Positions 51,564-61,262 of a stretch of 64,000 bases of DNA are shown here, piece by piece. The notes beneath the pieces are model-generated. The model saw nothing but the letters and a program-made list of their open reading frames with translations, was not told the DNA's origin and did not search any database. The stretch comes from Gammaproteobacteria bacterium (GTDB lineage: Bacteria > Pseudomonadota > Gammaproteobacteria > Steroidobacterales > UBA11654): assembly GCA_029244925.1 (NCBI GenBank), contig JAQWQE010000047.1, positions 1,515 through 65,514 on the forward strand, in the 5' to 3' direction. The number at the start of each line of letters is the position of its first letter. Position 1 is the first letter of the stretch. A program made the position numbers and the translations under genes.

Positions 51564-52220
51564 ATGCCAAAAGCAAAAACAAAACCAAAAACAAGAAAGA
51601 GGTTAACGCCTAGCGATCGTGAAAAAGAGATCATAGAAGAAGCGGTCCAGTTTTTTGCTGAAGTTGGTTTTGAAGGTAAAACAAGAGATTTGGCAAAACG
51701 AATTGGTATCACTCAACCACTACTGTATCGTTATTTCCCAAACAAAGAAGATCTTATTGAGCGAGTTTATAAGGAAGTATTCCTAAATTGGATCAATCCT
51801 GAATGGTCTGTAAAACTCAAGGATAGGTCTGTACCGCTGCAGCAAAGATTGGTTGAATTTTATTTGTCTTATGCGACAACGGTGCATCGTTATGAGTGGA
51901 TAAGGATATATTTTTTCTCGGGCTTGATGGGTAAGCCACTCAATCGAAGATACATTAGGTTAGCAGAGGATGAATTCCTTAAACCTATGTGTGAAGAAAT
52001 TAGACTGGAATGCAATTTACCTGATATTAAAAAACTACCTATTACACCCCTGGAATTAGAGAGATTCTGGGTGATGCATGGTGGTTTATTCTACTATGCC
52101 GTTAGAAAGAATATTTATCATGCTAATGTATTAAATGATTATGAGGAGATTGTAAGTACTTCGGTACAAGTGATGCTTGAAGGCACTAAATCTATTGCTG
52201 CAAAGGAATTAGATTTATAA
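51564..52220 (+). CDS. TetR-family transcriptional regulator
   Basis: 218 aa. N-terminal HTH EIIEEAVQFFAEVGFEGKTRDLAKRIGITQPLLYRYFPNKEDL. Confidence 0.88.
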   Translation: MPKAKTKPKTRKRLTPSDREKEIIEEAVQFFAEVGFEGKTRDLAKRIGITQPLLYRYFPNKEDLIERVYKEVFLNWINPEWSVKLKDRSVPLQQRLVEFYLSYATTVHRYEWIRIYFFSGLMGKPLNRRYIRLAEDEFLKPMCEEIRLECNLPDIKKLPITPLELERFWVMHGGLFYYAVRKNIYHANVLNDYEEIVSTSVQVMLEGTKSIAAKELDL

Positions 52221-52232
52221 GAAAATCATTGC

Positions 52233-53021
52233 CTATATTTCTAAAAACTCTCTTAAGTGTTTGATGAAATCATCTTGACGCTCTAGAGGAGAAACGTGTT
52301 GCGCAGGTGAAAGCCACTGCACCTTTGTTTTTTTAATATTTTTATCCAGCCAAGAAACTGCTTCTTTGAATAAAATATTATCTTCTCTGCCACACATAAT
52401 TAAGGTATTGCTATCAATCAAGGGCGCATAGTCTTCTGTATTAGCTAAAGCAAGAGCCTCGCAGGCCAGAGCATACCCTTCGTCTGACATTGCATTAATA
52501 ACGGATCTACAGTATTCAATCTCAGGAGAATCATGCGATAGAAAATCAGGTGTAAAAAATGCTTCTAGAAGCTTTTCTCGCATGGTTGATACACCCTGAC
52601 TTCTTGCTATGCTTGCTCTTTGTGCCCAGTTATTTTTCCATTCTTCAGAATATTTAGTTGTGGTATCTATCAATACTAGTTTTTCAACTACATCAGGATT
52701 ATGAGCAGCTAAATGTTGAGCAACCATGCCACCAATCGATAGGCCCACAAAACTTGCTTTTGAAATATTATTTTTCTTGAGTGCTTTAATAAGATCTGAG
52801 GATAGGTTTTCTATTTTGTATGGATTTTTAGGCGATGGATTGATCCCATGACCCGGTAAATCATACGTCAAGGTTTGTGTTACAGCTGATAATTCTTCGA
52901 TACAAAAGTTCCATAGATTATGATCGAGCCCTAACGAATGAATAAAAATAATTGGGTGGCCATTGCCATGAATATGAAAATGAATTTCATTGTGCATCTT
53001 GGTCTGCTCCTTCTTTATCAA
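52233..53021 (-). CDS. alpha/beta-fold hydrolase (enol-lactonase/RutD-like)
   Basis: 262 aa. HG oxyanion region IIFIHSLG, and nucleophile elbow GLSIGG. Confidence 0.8.
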   Translation of the reverse strand: MIKKEQTKMHNEIHFHIHGNGHPIIFIHSLGLDHNLWNFCIEELSAVTQTLTYDLPGHGINPSPKNPYKIENLSSDLIKALKKNNISKASFVGLSIGGMVAQHLAAHNPDVVEKLVLIDTTTKYSEEWKNNWAQRASIARSQGVSTMREKLLEAFFTPDFLSHDSPEIEYCRSVINAMSDEGYALACEALALANTEDYAPLIDSNTLIMCGREDNILFKEAVSWLDKNIKKTKVQWLSPAQHVSPLERQDDFIKHLREFLEI

Positions 53022-53892
53022 TTTTTTTTAAGGTTTCATAAACTGCTGCTGTATCTTCCTCTTCCAAGCCCATCTCTAAGGCTGATTCATAGAGCTCTTC
53101 TGTGACAGCAAATAAAGGGGTAGAAATACCATAAAGATCGATAAATTCTCTGATTAAAGTCATGTCTTTCTTCCACACATTCATTTTCATAGTTGCAGGC
53201 TTGTATTCTCTTTTCATCATCATAGGTGCACGAAGCTCAAATATCTTAGAGGTGCCTGCACCAGAGGAGATCACTTCAAATATTTTCTCTAAGTCAATGC
53301 CAGTTTGATCAGCCAGTAGAATAGCTTCAGCGGAGGCAACGTTATGAATTGATACTAAAAAATTAGCTATCAGTTTAATTTTACTGCCATTACCAAAATC
53401 TCCTACATAAAAGCAATTTTTAGAAAAAGAATTAAAAATTGATTCAATCTCTTTATAGCTCTGTTTATCACCGCTTGCATAAATTACAATATCAGCTCGA
53501 GAAGCCTGTTCACCGGTACCACTAATCGGACAATCCAATAAATGAATGTTTTTAGGAATTAATTTTTCTTTGTTTTCAGACTTGCAAACAATACCAAGAG
53601 TGCTCATCTCAATGATTGTTTTAACTGCTGCATCTTTTAAAGAAACAAGTTGATTAACCGTATCATTGAGGGATTGTTCATTTGGTAGACAAGTTATAAT
53701 CACATCAGAGCTTTCAAGCAATTCTTCAAGACTCGTTGAGATTGTAAGCCGTTGTTCATTATTTTCGATAAGTTTATTTTGATCAATGTCAAAACCAATG
53801 ACTTGATGATTGCTTGAAAGTAGATGCTTTGAAATTGCCGATCCAATAATGCCTAAACCAACAACTCCAATTTGAAAAGATTTCTCTTGCAT
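52987..53892 (-). CDS. NAD(P)-dependent beta-hydroxyacid dehydrogenase family protein
   Basis: 301 aa. Rossmann motif IGVVGLGIIGSAISKHL and the 6PGDH-NAD-binding-like organisation. Confidence 0.75.
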   Translation of the reverse strand: MQEKSFQIGVVGLGIIGSAISKHLLSSNHQVIGFDIDQNKLIENNEQRLTISTSLEELLESSDVIITCLPNEQSLNDTVNQLVSLKDAAVKTIIEMSTLGIVCKSENKEKLIPKNIHLLDCPISGTGEQASRADIVIYASGDKQSYKEIESIFNSFSKNCFYVGDFGNGSKIKLIANFLVSIHNVASAEAILLADQTGIDLEKIFEVISSGAGTSKIFELRAPMMMKREYKPATMKMNVWKKDMTLIREFIDLYGISTPLFAVTEELYESALEMGLEEEDTAAVYETLKKIDKEGADQDAQ

Positions 53893-53918
53893 GATAATTA
53901 GCCTAACTGTTTATAGTT

Positions 53919-55001
53919 TCAATCTTTTTGATTGAGCTTAGGCATAACTTCCTTTGACATTAATTCCATAGATCTTTTTGAAAGTTCAGGTTCAACCCAA
54001 TCGTGAGCCGCATAAACAAGTGTACCAAAATCACCAGTTTTTTCTTTGAACGACTCTATTTGTTCAGCCACACTATCAACTGTTCCCGCAATCACTAAGG
54101 AATCAAGTACATAATCGAGAGTAACATCTGAATCCGCCATATCCCTGTCATGCTTAAATAAATCAGGTCTGCCATTTCCAATAAGTTTTTTCATCATTTG
54201 TTCAAAATAAAAATGATAAGGTCCATCAGGTCCTTTGCCATATCTCTGCGCTGTTTTTTCATCGTCAGCAACAAAAATACTTTTCGCTACTCTCCAATTT
54301 TCCGTTTTCGCTTCAAATCCTCCTAGTTCACAACCTTTCTTATACATTGGCCAATGAGAAGCTACCCATACTGGTTGTAGGAAATTCGCTGAAATTGGTG
54401 TCCATCCTCTTTGTGCAGCTAAGACAATTCCTTTTGAGAATGGCGCTACAACTGTTACAACTATGGGTGGATGAGGTTTTTGATAAGGGGAGACTATAAT
54501 GCCTTGTCCTGTTTCTTTATCCAGATTCTTCTCTGTTGAGATGTTCCAATATTTACCCTCTAGATTATATGGCGCCTCTTTATTCCAAATATCCAATATA
54601 TGGTTGATTGATTCGACAAACATTTCAGTTCTATCTTTATCTAGATTACCAAATATCTCAGCATCCGATAAGAGTCCACCGGGACTGATACCAAATAGAA
54701 ATCTTCCTTCCAGCATATTATCGATCATTGCCACTTGAGCAGCTATTCCTGCTGGATGACTGTTCGGTAAATTAACGGTACCACTTCCAAGTTTAATATT
54801 TGTGGTGGCATTGATTAGGCTAGCAATAAATATAAGACATGAAGTTACTGCTTCAGCTTTGTCTGTAACATGCTCTCCTATAAACGCTTCCTCAAAACCT
54901 AACTGATCAGCCAGGATAATAGCTTCTCTATCTTCACGAAGTACTTCTGTGTAACTTCGCGCAGGAGGGTGCAAGGGCATTGTAAAAAGTGATAACTTCA
55001 T
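53919..55001 (-). CDS. luciferase-like (LLM class) flavin-dependent monooxygenase
   Basis: 360 aa. MKLSLFTMPLHPP..., EEAFIGEH, and GRFLFGISPG, typical of LLM oxidoreductases of the LimB/alkanal-monooxygenase-like type. Confidence 0.8.
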   Translation of the reverse strand: MKLSLFTMPLHPPARSYTEVLREDREAIILADQLGFEEAFIGEHVTDKAEAVTSCLIFIASLINATTNIKLGSGTVNLPNSHPAGIAAQVAMIDNMLEGRFLFGISPGGLLSDAEIFGNLDKDRTEMFVESINHILDIWNKEAPYNLEGKYWNISTEKNLDKETGQGIIVSPYQKPHPPIVVTVVAPFSKGIVLAAQRGWTPISANFLQPVWVASHWPMYKKGCELGGFEAKTENWRVAKSIFVADDEKTAQRYGKGPDGPYHFYFEQMMKKLIGNGRPDLFKHDRDMADSDVTLDYVLDSLVIAGTVDSVAEQIESFKEKTGDFGTLVYAAHDWVEPELSKRSMELMSKEVMPKLNQKD

Positions 55002-55023
55002 CTTCTTAATCTATTAAATAATC

Positions 55024-55065
55024 TTATTTATTGATCAATTGAAAATTTATTTATTGATCAATTGA
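55024..55065. promoter_or_regulatory. two identical 19-bp direct repeats (TTATTTATTGATCAATTGA), each containing overlapping palindromes ATTGATCAAT and ATCAATTGAT; candidate tandem operators
   Basis: Copies at 55024-55042 and 55047-55065, read directly. They lie in the 156-bp divergent region between the LLM operon (-) and the RidA operon (+). A TTGACG box follows at 55082. Confidence 0.55.
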
Positions 55066-55157
55066 TAAATAGTAGTATATCTTGACGTATTTAACAATTA
55101 ACATTAGTTAATAATGAGTGATATCTTAATAGTAATTAAATAAACAATGCTGAGTTA

Positions 55158-56474
55158 ATGCCTAAAAAACTAGAAAAAGTAACCAAACCAATAGCTATTT
55201 GGCCGGGATTAGAAGATGGAGTTCCTAAACCGGTTATGCCTTACAGCCCAGCTGTTAAAGTAGGTGATTGGGTCTTCGTTGCTGGTCAGTTGGCTAGTAA
55301 TTTTAAAACCGGTCTTCCAAAAGAAGTTATACCAAATAGTAAAAATCGAACAAGCGGTTTGGAACTTCAATCTGATTTTGTCTTTAGGAATATGGCTCAA
55401 ACACTTCAAGCAGCTGGCTGCAATATGAGAAATGATACGATTAAACTCTGGGAGTGGTTTGTATCCGATCGTCCAAATCAGAAAGATTTTTTATTGGGTA
55501 ATAACAATCATCAATTAGACATTCAGCCTTATGAATTTTCTATGAAGAATACTTTTCAAGATTTTTTGCCACCTAGATCCTCTATTGGAATTGGAGAACT
55601 CATGTGGGTTGGAACACAAATTGAGTTGGAAGTTATTTGCCTGACCAACCAGGATAAATCGACTCATTATTCATTGGATACTGATTCATCAGAAAATTCT
55701 TCAACGCATACAGATGCCATTCGCAAGGGAGATTGGATTTTTATTAGTAATCAGAATGGAATGAGTAAAGATGATTTGTCTTCTGTGCCTATTGAGATAC
55801 AAACCGAACGCATGCTGGAAAAATTGTTACAACTATCGGAAAAATCAGGCAGCAGTTTTAATCAAGCAGTTAAGGCAGAAGTTTTTATTGGTGATTCTAA
55901 GGATTTCACAGTTGTTGATGAGATTTGGAAGAAGTGGTTTCCACATAATCCTCCTGCTCGATTTGTTCTCCCTCATGCGGGTATGAACCGAAGTGGAATA
56001 AAAATTGAAGCCTCTCTGATGCTACTAAGTAATAACAGTAAGTTGAAAAAAGAAATTATTGAAACTTCCAATGCTCCAAAACCATTAGGGCATGAATCGC
56101 AAGCTGTAAAAGTTGGTAATTTATTATTTTTTAGTACCCAAATGGCTTTTGATAATAGCGGTAAAATAGCAGAAGGAATGATTAGGAATCCAGCAGCACC
56201 ATGGTATGGAAGACCTGCTCAGATGCAGATGAGATATATGATGGAGAATATTAATGCAATTTCTGAAGCTGCAGGCACGACGGTTGAAAACATTGTTAGG
56301 CGTGCGTGTTTTCATGACGATCTTCAATGGTTTGCTGAGTCCATTGAATCTTGGGCAAGCTATTTTCCTAATGATAAACCTGCATCAACCACCATTGGGA
56401 TGAATCATTCTCTAGGCATTGATGGAGCCAATACTTCATTGGATCTTATAGCTTTTGTGCCAGATGATAACTAA
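55158..56474 (+). CDS. protein made of three tandem RidA/YjgF/TdcF-like domains
   Basis: 438 aa. Three modules each open with a similar motif: AVKVGDWVFVAGQ, AIRKGDWIFISNQ and AVKVGNLLFFSTQ. Each closes with a beta-strand of the type IELEVICL, IKIEASLML or SLDLIAFV. Confidence 0.75.
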   Translation: MPKKLEKVTKPIAIWPGLEDGVPKPVMPYSPAVKVGDWVFVAGQLASNFKTGLPKEVIPNSKNRTSGLELQSDFVFRNMAQTLQAAGCNMRNDTIKLWEWFVSDRPNQKDFLLGNNNHQLDIQPYEFSMKNTFQDFLPPRSSIGIGELMWVGTQIELEVICLTNQDKSTHYSLDTDSSENSSTHTDAIRKGDWIFISNQNGMSKDDLSSVPIEIQTERMLEKLLQLSEKSGSSFNQAVKAEVFIGDSKDFTVVDEIWKKWFPHNPPARFVLPHAGMNRSGIKIEASLMLLSNNSKLKKEIIETSNAPKPLGHESQAVKVGNLLFFSTQMAFDNSGKIAEGMIRNPAAPWYGRPAQMQMRYMMENINAISEAAGTTVENIVRRACFHDDLQWFAESIESWASYFPNDKPASTTIGMNHSLGIDGANTSLDLIAFVPDDN

Positions 56475-56488
56475 TAACATTAATCATA

Positions 56489-57367
56489 ATGAAAAAAACT
56501 ATTAGCTTTCTGGGATTGGGGAAGATGGGTGCAGTGATGGCTCCCTTATTTCTTCAAGCCGGGCATCAACTCACCGTATATAATCGTGATCCAAAAAAGG
56601 CCACTGCACTTGTTGATCAGGGCGCTAAGCTTGCATGCTCTCCACAACAGGCGTGTGATTCTTCAGACTTCATTTTTACAATGCTAAGCGATGATAAAGC
56701 CATTCAGTCCGTATTTTTTGATAATAAAGGACTCCTGAGCACAGATGTAACAGGAAAGTTATTTATTGATATGAGTACTTTACAAGTTGAAACAGTAAAG
56801 ATTCTCTCTGACGCCGTCATAAAGCAAGGAGCTGACTTTATAGACGCACCTGTATCTGGAACAGTTGCTCCTGCTGCGGAAGGTAAATTGATGTTTTTCT
56901 GTGGTGGAGAAGCTGCAGTGATTGAGCGAGCAACGCCTTTGTTAGAGATTCTCTCTAGAAGAATTATCCATGCAGGTGATATTGGGTCTGGTGCTTTATT
57001 GAAGTTGGTTGTTAACTTGCCTCTAGCAGTTTACTGGCAGTCCCTTGCTGAAGCTGTAAGATTAGGATCATCAGGAGGACTGAATGAGGAGTTAATGTTG
57101 GATGCTATTGCTGACAGTTCTGCGGCATTAGCTGTCCTTTCTATGAAAATACCCACTATTTTAGGAGCCGATCTACCCGTGGCTTTTGATATGAAAAGCA
57201 TGAAAAAAGATTTAAATTCTATACTAACTACAGCTCAACAATTAAACCTAGAATTACCAACTACAACTTCAACGCTTAGAAGTTATTCGGAAGCAATAGA
57301 AAAGGGTGATATGGGTGATAAAGATGCTGTAACTGTGGTGAACTATTTAAAGAATAAGGCAAAATAA
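56489..57367 (+). CDS. NAD(P)-dependent beta-hydroxyacid dehydrogenase family protein (second copy in the cluster)
   Basis: 292 aa. ISFLGLGKMGAVMAPLFLQAGHQLTVYNRD and DAPVSG. Confidence 0.8.
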   Translation: MKKTISFLGLGKMGAVMAPLFLQAGHQLTVYNRDPKKATALVDQGAKLACSPQQACDSSDFIFTMLSDDKAIQSVFFDNKGLLSTDVTGKLFIDMSTLQVETVKILSDAVIKQGADFIDAPVSGTVAPAAEGKLMFFCGGEAAVIERATPLLEILSRRIIHAGDIGSGALLKLVVNLPLAVYWQSLAEAVRLGSSGGLNEELMLDAIADSSAALAVLSMKIPTILGADLPVAFDMKSMKKDLNSILTTAQQLNLELPTTTSTLRSYSEAIEKGDMGDKDAVTVVNYLKNKAK

Positions 57368-57383
57368 AATAGGTATATAGCAA

Positions 57384-59123
57384 ATGAAACAAACATCAGA
57401 AATAAGAGATGGCATGCAAATTGAATGGAATTATCCAATTGAAATGGACGATGGTTTGATTTTACGAGCAGACATATTCAGACCAATTGGTACTGGCAGT
57501 TATCCTGTCTTAATGACTTATGGCCCTTATGCAAAAGGCCTTCCCTTTCAACAAGGTTATCCAAGCGCTTGGGATAGAATGGCAGAAAAGCATCCCGATG
57601 TAACACAAGGTTCAACCAATAAGTATCAAAATTGGGAAGTGGTAGATCCTGAGAAATGGGTGCCTGACGGTTATATTTGCATAAGAGTTGATTCCAGGGG
57701 GTGTGGTTGTTCGCCAGGCTTTGTTGATCATTTTTCACCCAGAGAAACGCTGGACTTTTCCAATTGCATTGAATGGGCAGGTGAGCTGGAATGGAGCAAT
57801 GGGAAAGTAGGTTTGAACGGTGTTTCATATTTTGGCATTAATCAATGGCTGGTGGCTTCAAAACAGCCTAAATATTTAGAAGCAATGTGCATATGGGAAG
57901 GAGCCAGTGACTGGTATAGAGACATGACACACCATGGCGGTATCCTCAGTACTTTTTGGGCTAATTGGTTCGATATGCAAGTAAAAACAGTTCAGTATGG
58001 CTTAGGTGAAAATGGTCCAAGAAATAATTTAACGGGTGAACTGATTTGTGGTAATGAAACCCATACGGAAGAAGAGTTGGCTTTAAATCGATGTCAGTTT
58101 GGTGATGAGATAAGAAGTCATCCATTTGAAGATGAGTATCATCATGAGCGATCAGCAGTTTGGGAAAATATTAAAGTTCCTCTTTTGTCAGCAGCCAATT
58201 GGGGTGGGCAAGGGCTTCATTTAAGAGGCAATACTGAAGGTTATATAAGAGCAGCATCTAATCAGAAATGGCTTGAAATTCATGGATTAGAGCATTGGAC
58301 TGAATTTTATACCGACTATGGGGTCAAGTTGCAAAAACGATTTTTTGGTCATTTTCTGAAAGGCGAGAATAACGATTGGGCTAATCAACCAAAAGTTCAG
58401 TTACAGGTCAGACATCTTGACGGCTTCAAACAAAGAAATGAAAATCAGTGGCCTATTGATAGAACCGAGTGGCAGAAACTCTATTTAAGTGATGATAAAA
58501 AAATATCAACTGAGTACGAATGCAAAGAATCAAATAGTTTGGTTTTTAATGCAATGGGAGAGGGCATTGATTTTCACTCTGAACCATTTAAAAATGAAAC
58601 TGAGATAACGGGTCCTCTAGCACTAAAAATATTTGTGTCTTCTTCTACTAGTGACGCTGATATTTTTGTAGTGCTTCGTTTGTTTGGCCCTTCAAATAAT
58701 GAAATTGTTTTTCAAGGCGCTGTCGATCCTAACACTCCTATTGCACAGGGTTGGCTCCGAGCTTCCCATAGAAAGTTAGACCTTGAACAATCTAAGCCTT
58801 GGAGACCTTTTCATACTCATGATGAATCATGGCCCTTGAAAACGGATGAAATTGTAGAGATGGATATTGAAATATGGCCTACATCAATAGTGATTCCAGA
58901 AAATCATTATTTGTGTTTATCCATTCAGGGTAAAGATTATGAATATCCACTTGCTGAGAATCAAACTTTATCTAATTTTAAGAATCAACTCACTGGATGT
59001 GGACCTTTTCTTCATGATGACCCAATAGATAGAGACGCTACTTTTAATGGAAAAACAACAATTCACTTTAATCCAGATCATGCTCCTTACCTAATGGTTC
59101 CAGTTATTCCTGAGAAGCAATGA
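57384..59123 (+). CDS. CocE/NonD-family (S15 X-Pro dipeptidyl-peptidase-like) serine hydrolase
   Basis: 579 aa. PVLMTYGPY, nucleophile motif GVSYFG, and a C-terminal jelly-roll-like domain. Confidence 0.8.
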   Translation: MKQTSEIRDGMQIEWNYPIEMDDGLILRADIFRPIGTGSYPVLMTYGPYAKGLPFQQGYPSAWDRMAEKHPDVTQGSTNKYQNWEVVDPEKWVPDGYICIRVDSRGCGCSPGFVDHFSPRETLDFSNCIEWAGELEWSNGKVGLNGVSYFGINQWLVASKQPKYLEAMCIWEGASDWYRDMTHHGGILSTFWANWFDMQVKTVQYGLGENGPRNNLTGELICGNETHTEEELALNRCQFGDEIRSHPFEDEYHHERSAVWENIKVPLLSAANWGGQGLHLRGNTEGYIRAASNQKWLEIHGLEHWTEFYTDYGVKLQKRFFGHFLKGENNDWANQPKVQLQVRHLDGFKQRNENQWPIDRTEWQKLYLSDDKKISTEYECKESNSLVFNAMGEGIDFHSEPFKNETEITGPLALKIFVSSSTSDADIFVVLRLFGPSNNEIVFQGAVDPNTPIAQGWLRASHRKLDLEQSKPWRPFHTHDESWPLKTDEIVEMDIEIWPTSIVIPENHYLCLSIQGKDYEYPLAENQTLSNFKNQLTGCGPFLHDDPIDRDATFNGKTTIHFNPDHAPYLMVPVIPEKQ

Positions 59124-59124
59124 A

Positions 59125-59796
59125 ATGATTGAAGCAAAGAAAGTAGCTCTCATTCATGCACTAGAAGAATCCAAACAACCTGTTTGGAAATCTTTTTATA
59201 ATATTTGGCCTGAGGCAGTTTTAAGTAATTATTCAGATCTATCATTGTCAAAAGATCGAAACCTTGGTCAAAATGAGAATACGATTAGCCAAAGAATTAG
59301 TAATTTAGCAAAAATGGCAGTATCTGAGAATGCAGATGCTATTTTATATACTTGCTCTGCTTTTGGTGATGAAATCAATCGAGTGAAAGACCAATATAGT
59401 ATTCCAATTCTCAGACCCAATGAAGCTGCATTTATTGATGCCATACAGTTAAAGCAAAAGATAAAAATAATGGTCACATTTTTACCTTCCTTAGAATTGT
59501 TGACTCAAGAAATCAAAACCATGATGGTGGAGTCTAATACTGAATTAGAGGTTAAAGGAATTTACGTTAAAGAAGCTCTTAACTCACTACAAAATGGTTT
59601 AGTGAATCAACACGATGATCTGATTGCAAAGATCGCATTAGATCAGACAGACGATTGCACAATTATTTTGGGCCAATTTTCTATGGCTTCGGCATTGTCA
59701 AATATCAGTGAGAAAAATCCTGACTTGAGAGTACTGACAACTCCTGATTCATCCGTATTAAGACTGAAAAAAATCATAGAAGCTAAATTAGTTTAA
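59125..59796 (+). CDS. Asp/Glu/hydantoin-racemase-superfamily protein (arylmalonate decarboxylase / maleate isomerase-like)
   Basis: 223 aa. Cys-containing motif AILYTCSAFG and a two-lobed alpha/beta pattern. The family assignment is tentative. Confidence 0.5.
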   Translation: MIEAKKVALIHALEESKQPVWKSFYNIWPEAVLSNYSDLSLSKDRNLGQNENTISQRISNLAKMAVSENADAILYTCSAFGDEINRVKDQYSIPILRPNEAAFIDAIQLKQKIKIMVTFLPSLELLTQEIKTMMVESNTELEVKGIYVKEALNSLQNGLVNQHDDLIAKIALDQTDDCTIILGQFSMASALSNISEKNPDLRVLTTPDSSVLRLKKIIEAKLV

Positions 59797-61232
59797 TCAA
59801 TCCAATTAAAACGACTTCTCTTTCTTAGGTATTGTCTCGCATTTGTTTCGTCTAGAAGTATCTCTTGAACTTGATCTGACCTTTCAACTATCTTTCGATG
59901 ATCCAAGGTTTGATGTTGTCCTCTTTTAACTATAACTTCTCCATGAACCATGACAGCTTCAATCGCATTTTGATTTGGACCATTGCCATAAACTAAACTA
60001 GCAATTAATGAACCCATAGGTGTGAGGTGACTTTCTTCCGTTCGATCGATTAAAACAAGATCAGCTTCTTTTCCAGTTTCAATGGAACCTATTTTATCAT
60101 CCATCATTAAAGCTTTAGCGCCGTCTATGGTAGCGAGCTCTAATGCTTGCTCAGCGCTTCCATAGAGGACTTCCTCACCAGTCCATTTAATATCTGTTTC
60201 AGACATCATTAATCTATGCTGATCTCCCATTCTTTGTGCAGTTAGATAACCTCTCATGGCTGTCCACATGTTATGTCCATATGCAACTACAGCACCATCC
60301 AGACCGATTCCACAAGTGATATTGGAATCTAAAAAAGGCCTAGCATTAAAATTCACTAGGCCTAATACTTGCTCCATATCGGGTACTAAAGCAATTGAGG
60401 CACCAGCATCGGCTATCAGTTTTTCTTCTCCAGGTCTTAAGTTTTGTGCATGAGCAGCAATAACATTCGGGCCTAGTATTCCGACATGGTCCAGCCATTC
60501 AAAAGAGCCGCCTTCCCAACCCCTTCTTGCTGCCAAATATTTTTGATCAAATACTGCAGGAGCATGGATATCAAATTGTCGATTATTCTCATCAGTCCAT
60601 TTCCATAACTCTATCAACTGATCGGGTTCACAATAGGTAATACCTATGGTTGAAGCCGTCACAGAAATTTTTTCATTTTCCCATTTTGACTTGATTCGTT
60701 CTGTTTCAGCTATCCCTGCATCCAGCGTTTCTCCAAAACCTTCAGGCACTGCATCCTTATCATTGATTGTCAGTCTAGCCATTCGACACCGAATACCAGA
60801 ATCATCAACCGCTGCCAAAACCCCATCAATGGATTTTTTATGCAAATGGGTAAAGTGATCATCGGCAGTTGTGGTTACACCTCTTAAGGCCAGGTCCATA
60901 ATAGAAGGCATAGCTGCATCGTAAGATCTTTCTTCATCGCATGCACCAGTCATTGGATAATAGAATCCAAAAAGACGTTCCTCAAAAGTTGTTCCTTCTG
61001 CCATTCCTCTCATACAGCCTTGAATTAAATGTGAATGAACATTCACTAGGCCTGGCAGAATAACAAAACCTGAGCCTCCTAGGTTGTTATCAGATTCATA
61101 CTCACACTCACTGAAAGCTCCAACGGATTCGACCTTACCATCATTGATTGCGACATAACCGTCCATAAATACTTGACGATTCTCATCCATGGAGATCACT
61201 ATTCCTCTCATTAATGTATTACATGTTTTCAT
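59793..61232 (-). CDS. metal-dependent amidohydrolase (chlorohydrolase/deaminase-like subgroup)
   Basis: 479 aa. HxH metal motif LVNVHSHLIQG and the later H/D ligand context typical of Amidohydro_1. Confidence 0.8.
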   Translation of the reverse strand: MKTCNTLMRGIVISMDENRQVFMDGYVAINDGKVESVGAFSECEYESDNNLGGSGFVILPGLVNVHSHLIQGCMRGMAEGTTFEERLFGFYYPMTGACDEERSYDAAMPSIMDLALRGVTTTADDHFTHLHKKSIDGVLAAVDDSGIRCRMARLTINDKDAVPEGFGETLDAGIAETERIKSKWENEKISVTASTIGITYCEPDQLIELWKWTDENNRQFDIHAPAVFDQKYLAARRGWEGGSFEWLDHVGILGPNVIAAHAQNLRPGEEKLIADAGASIALVPDMEQVLGLVNFNARPFLDSNITCGIGLDGAVVAYGHNMWTAMRGYLTAQRMGDQHRLMMSETDIKWTGEEVLYGSAEQALELATIDGAKALMMDDKIGSIETGKEADLVLIDRTEESHLTPMGSLIASLVYGNGPNQNAIEAVMVHGEVIVKRGQHQTLDHRKIVERSDQVQEILLDETNARQYLRKRSRFNWID

Positions 61233-61262
61233 TTGATTCCTTTAGGCTAAATATATTTTCAG

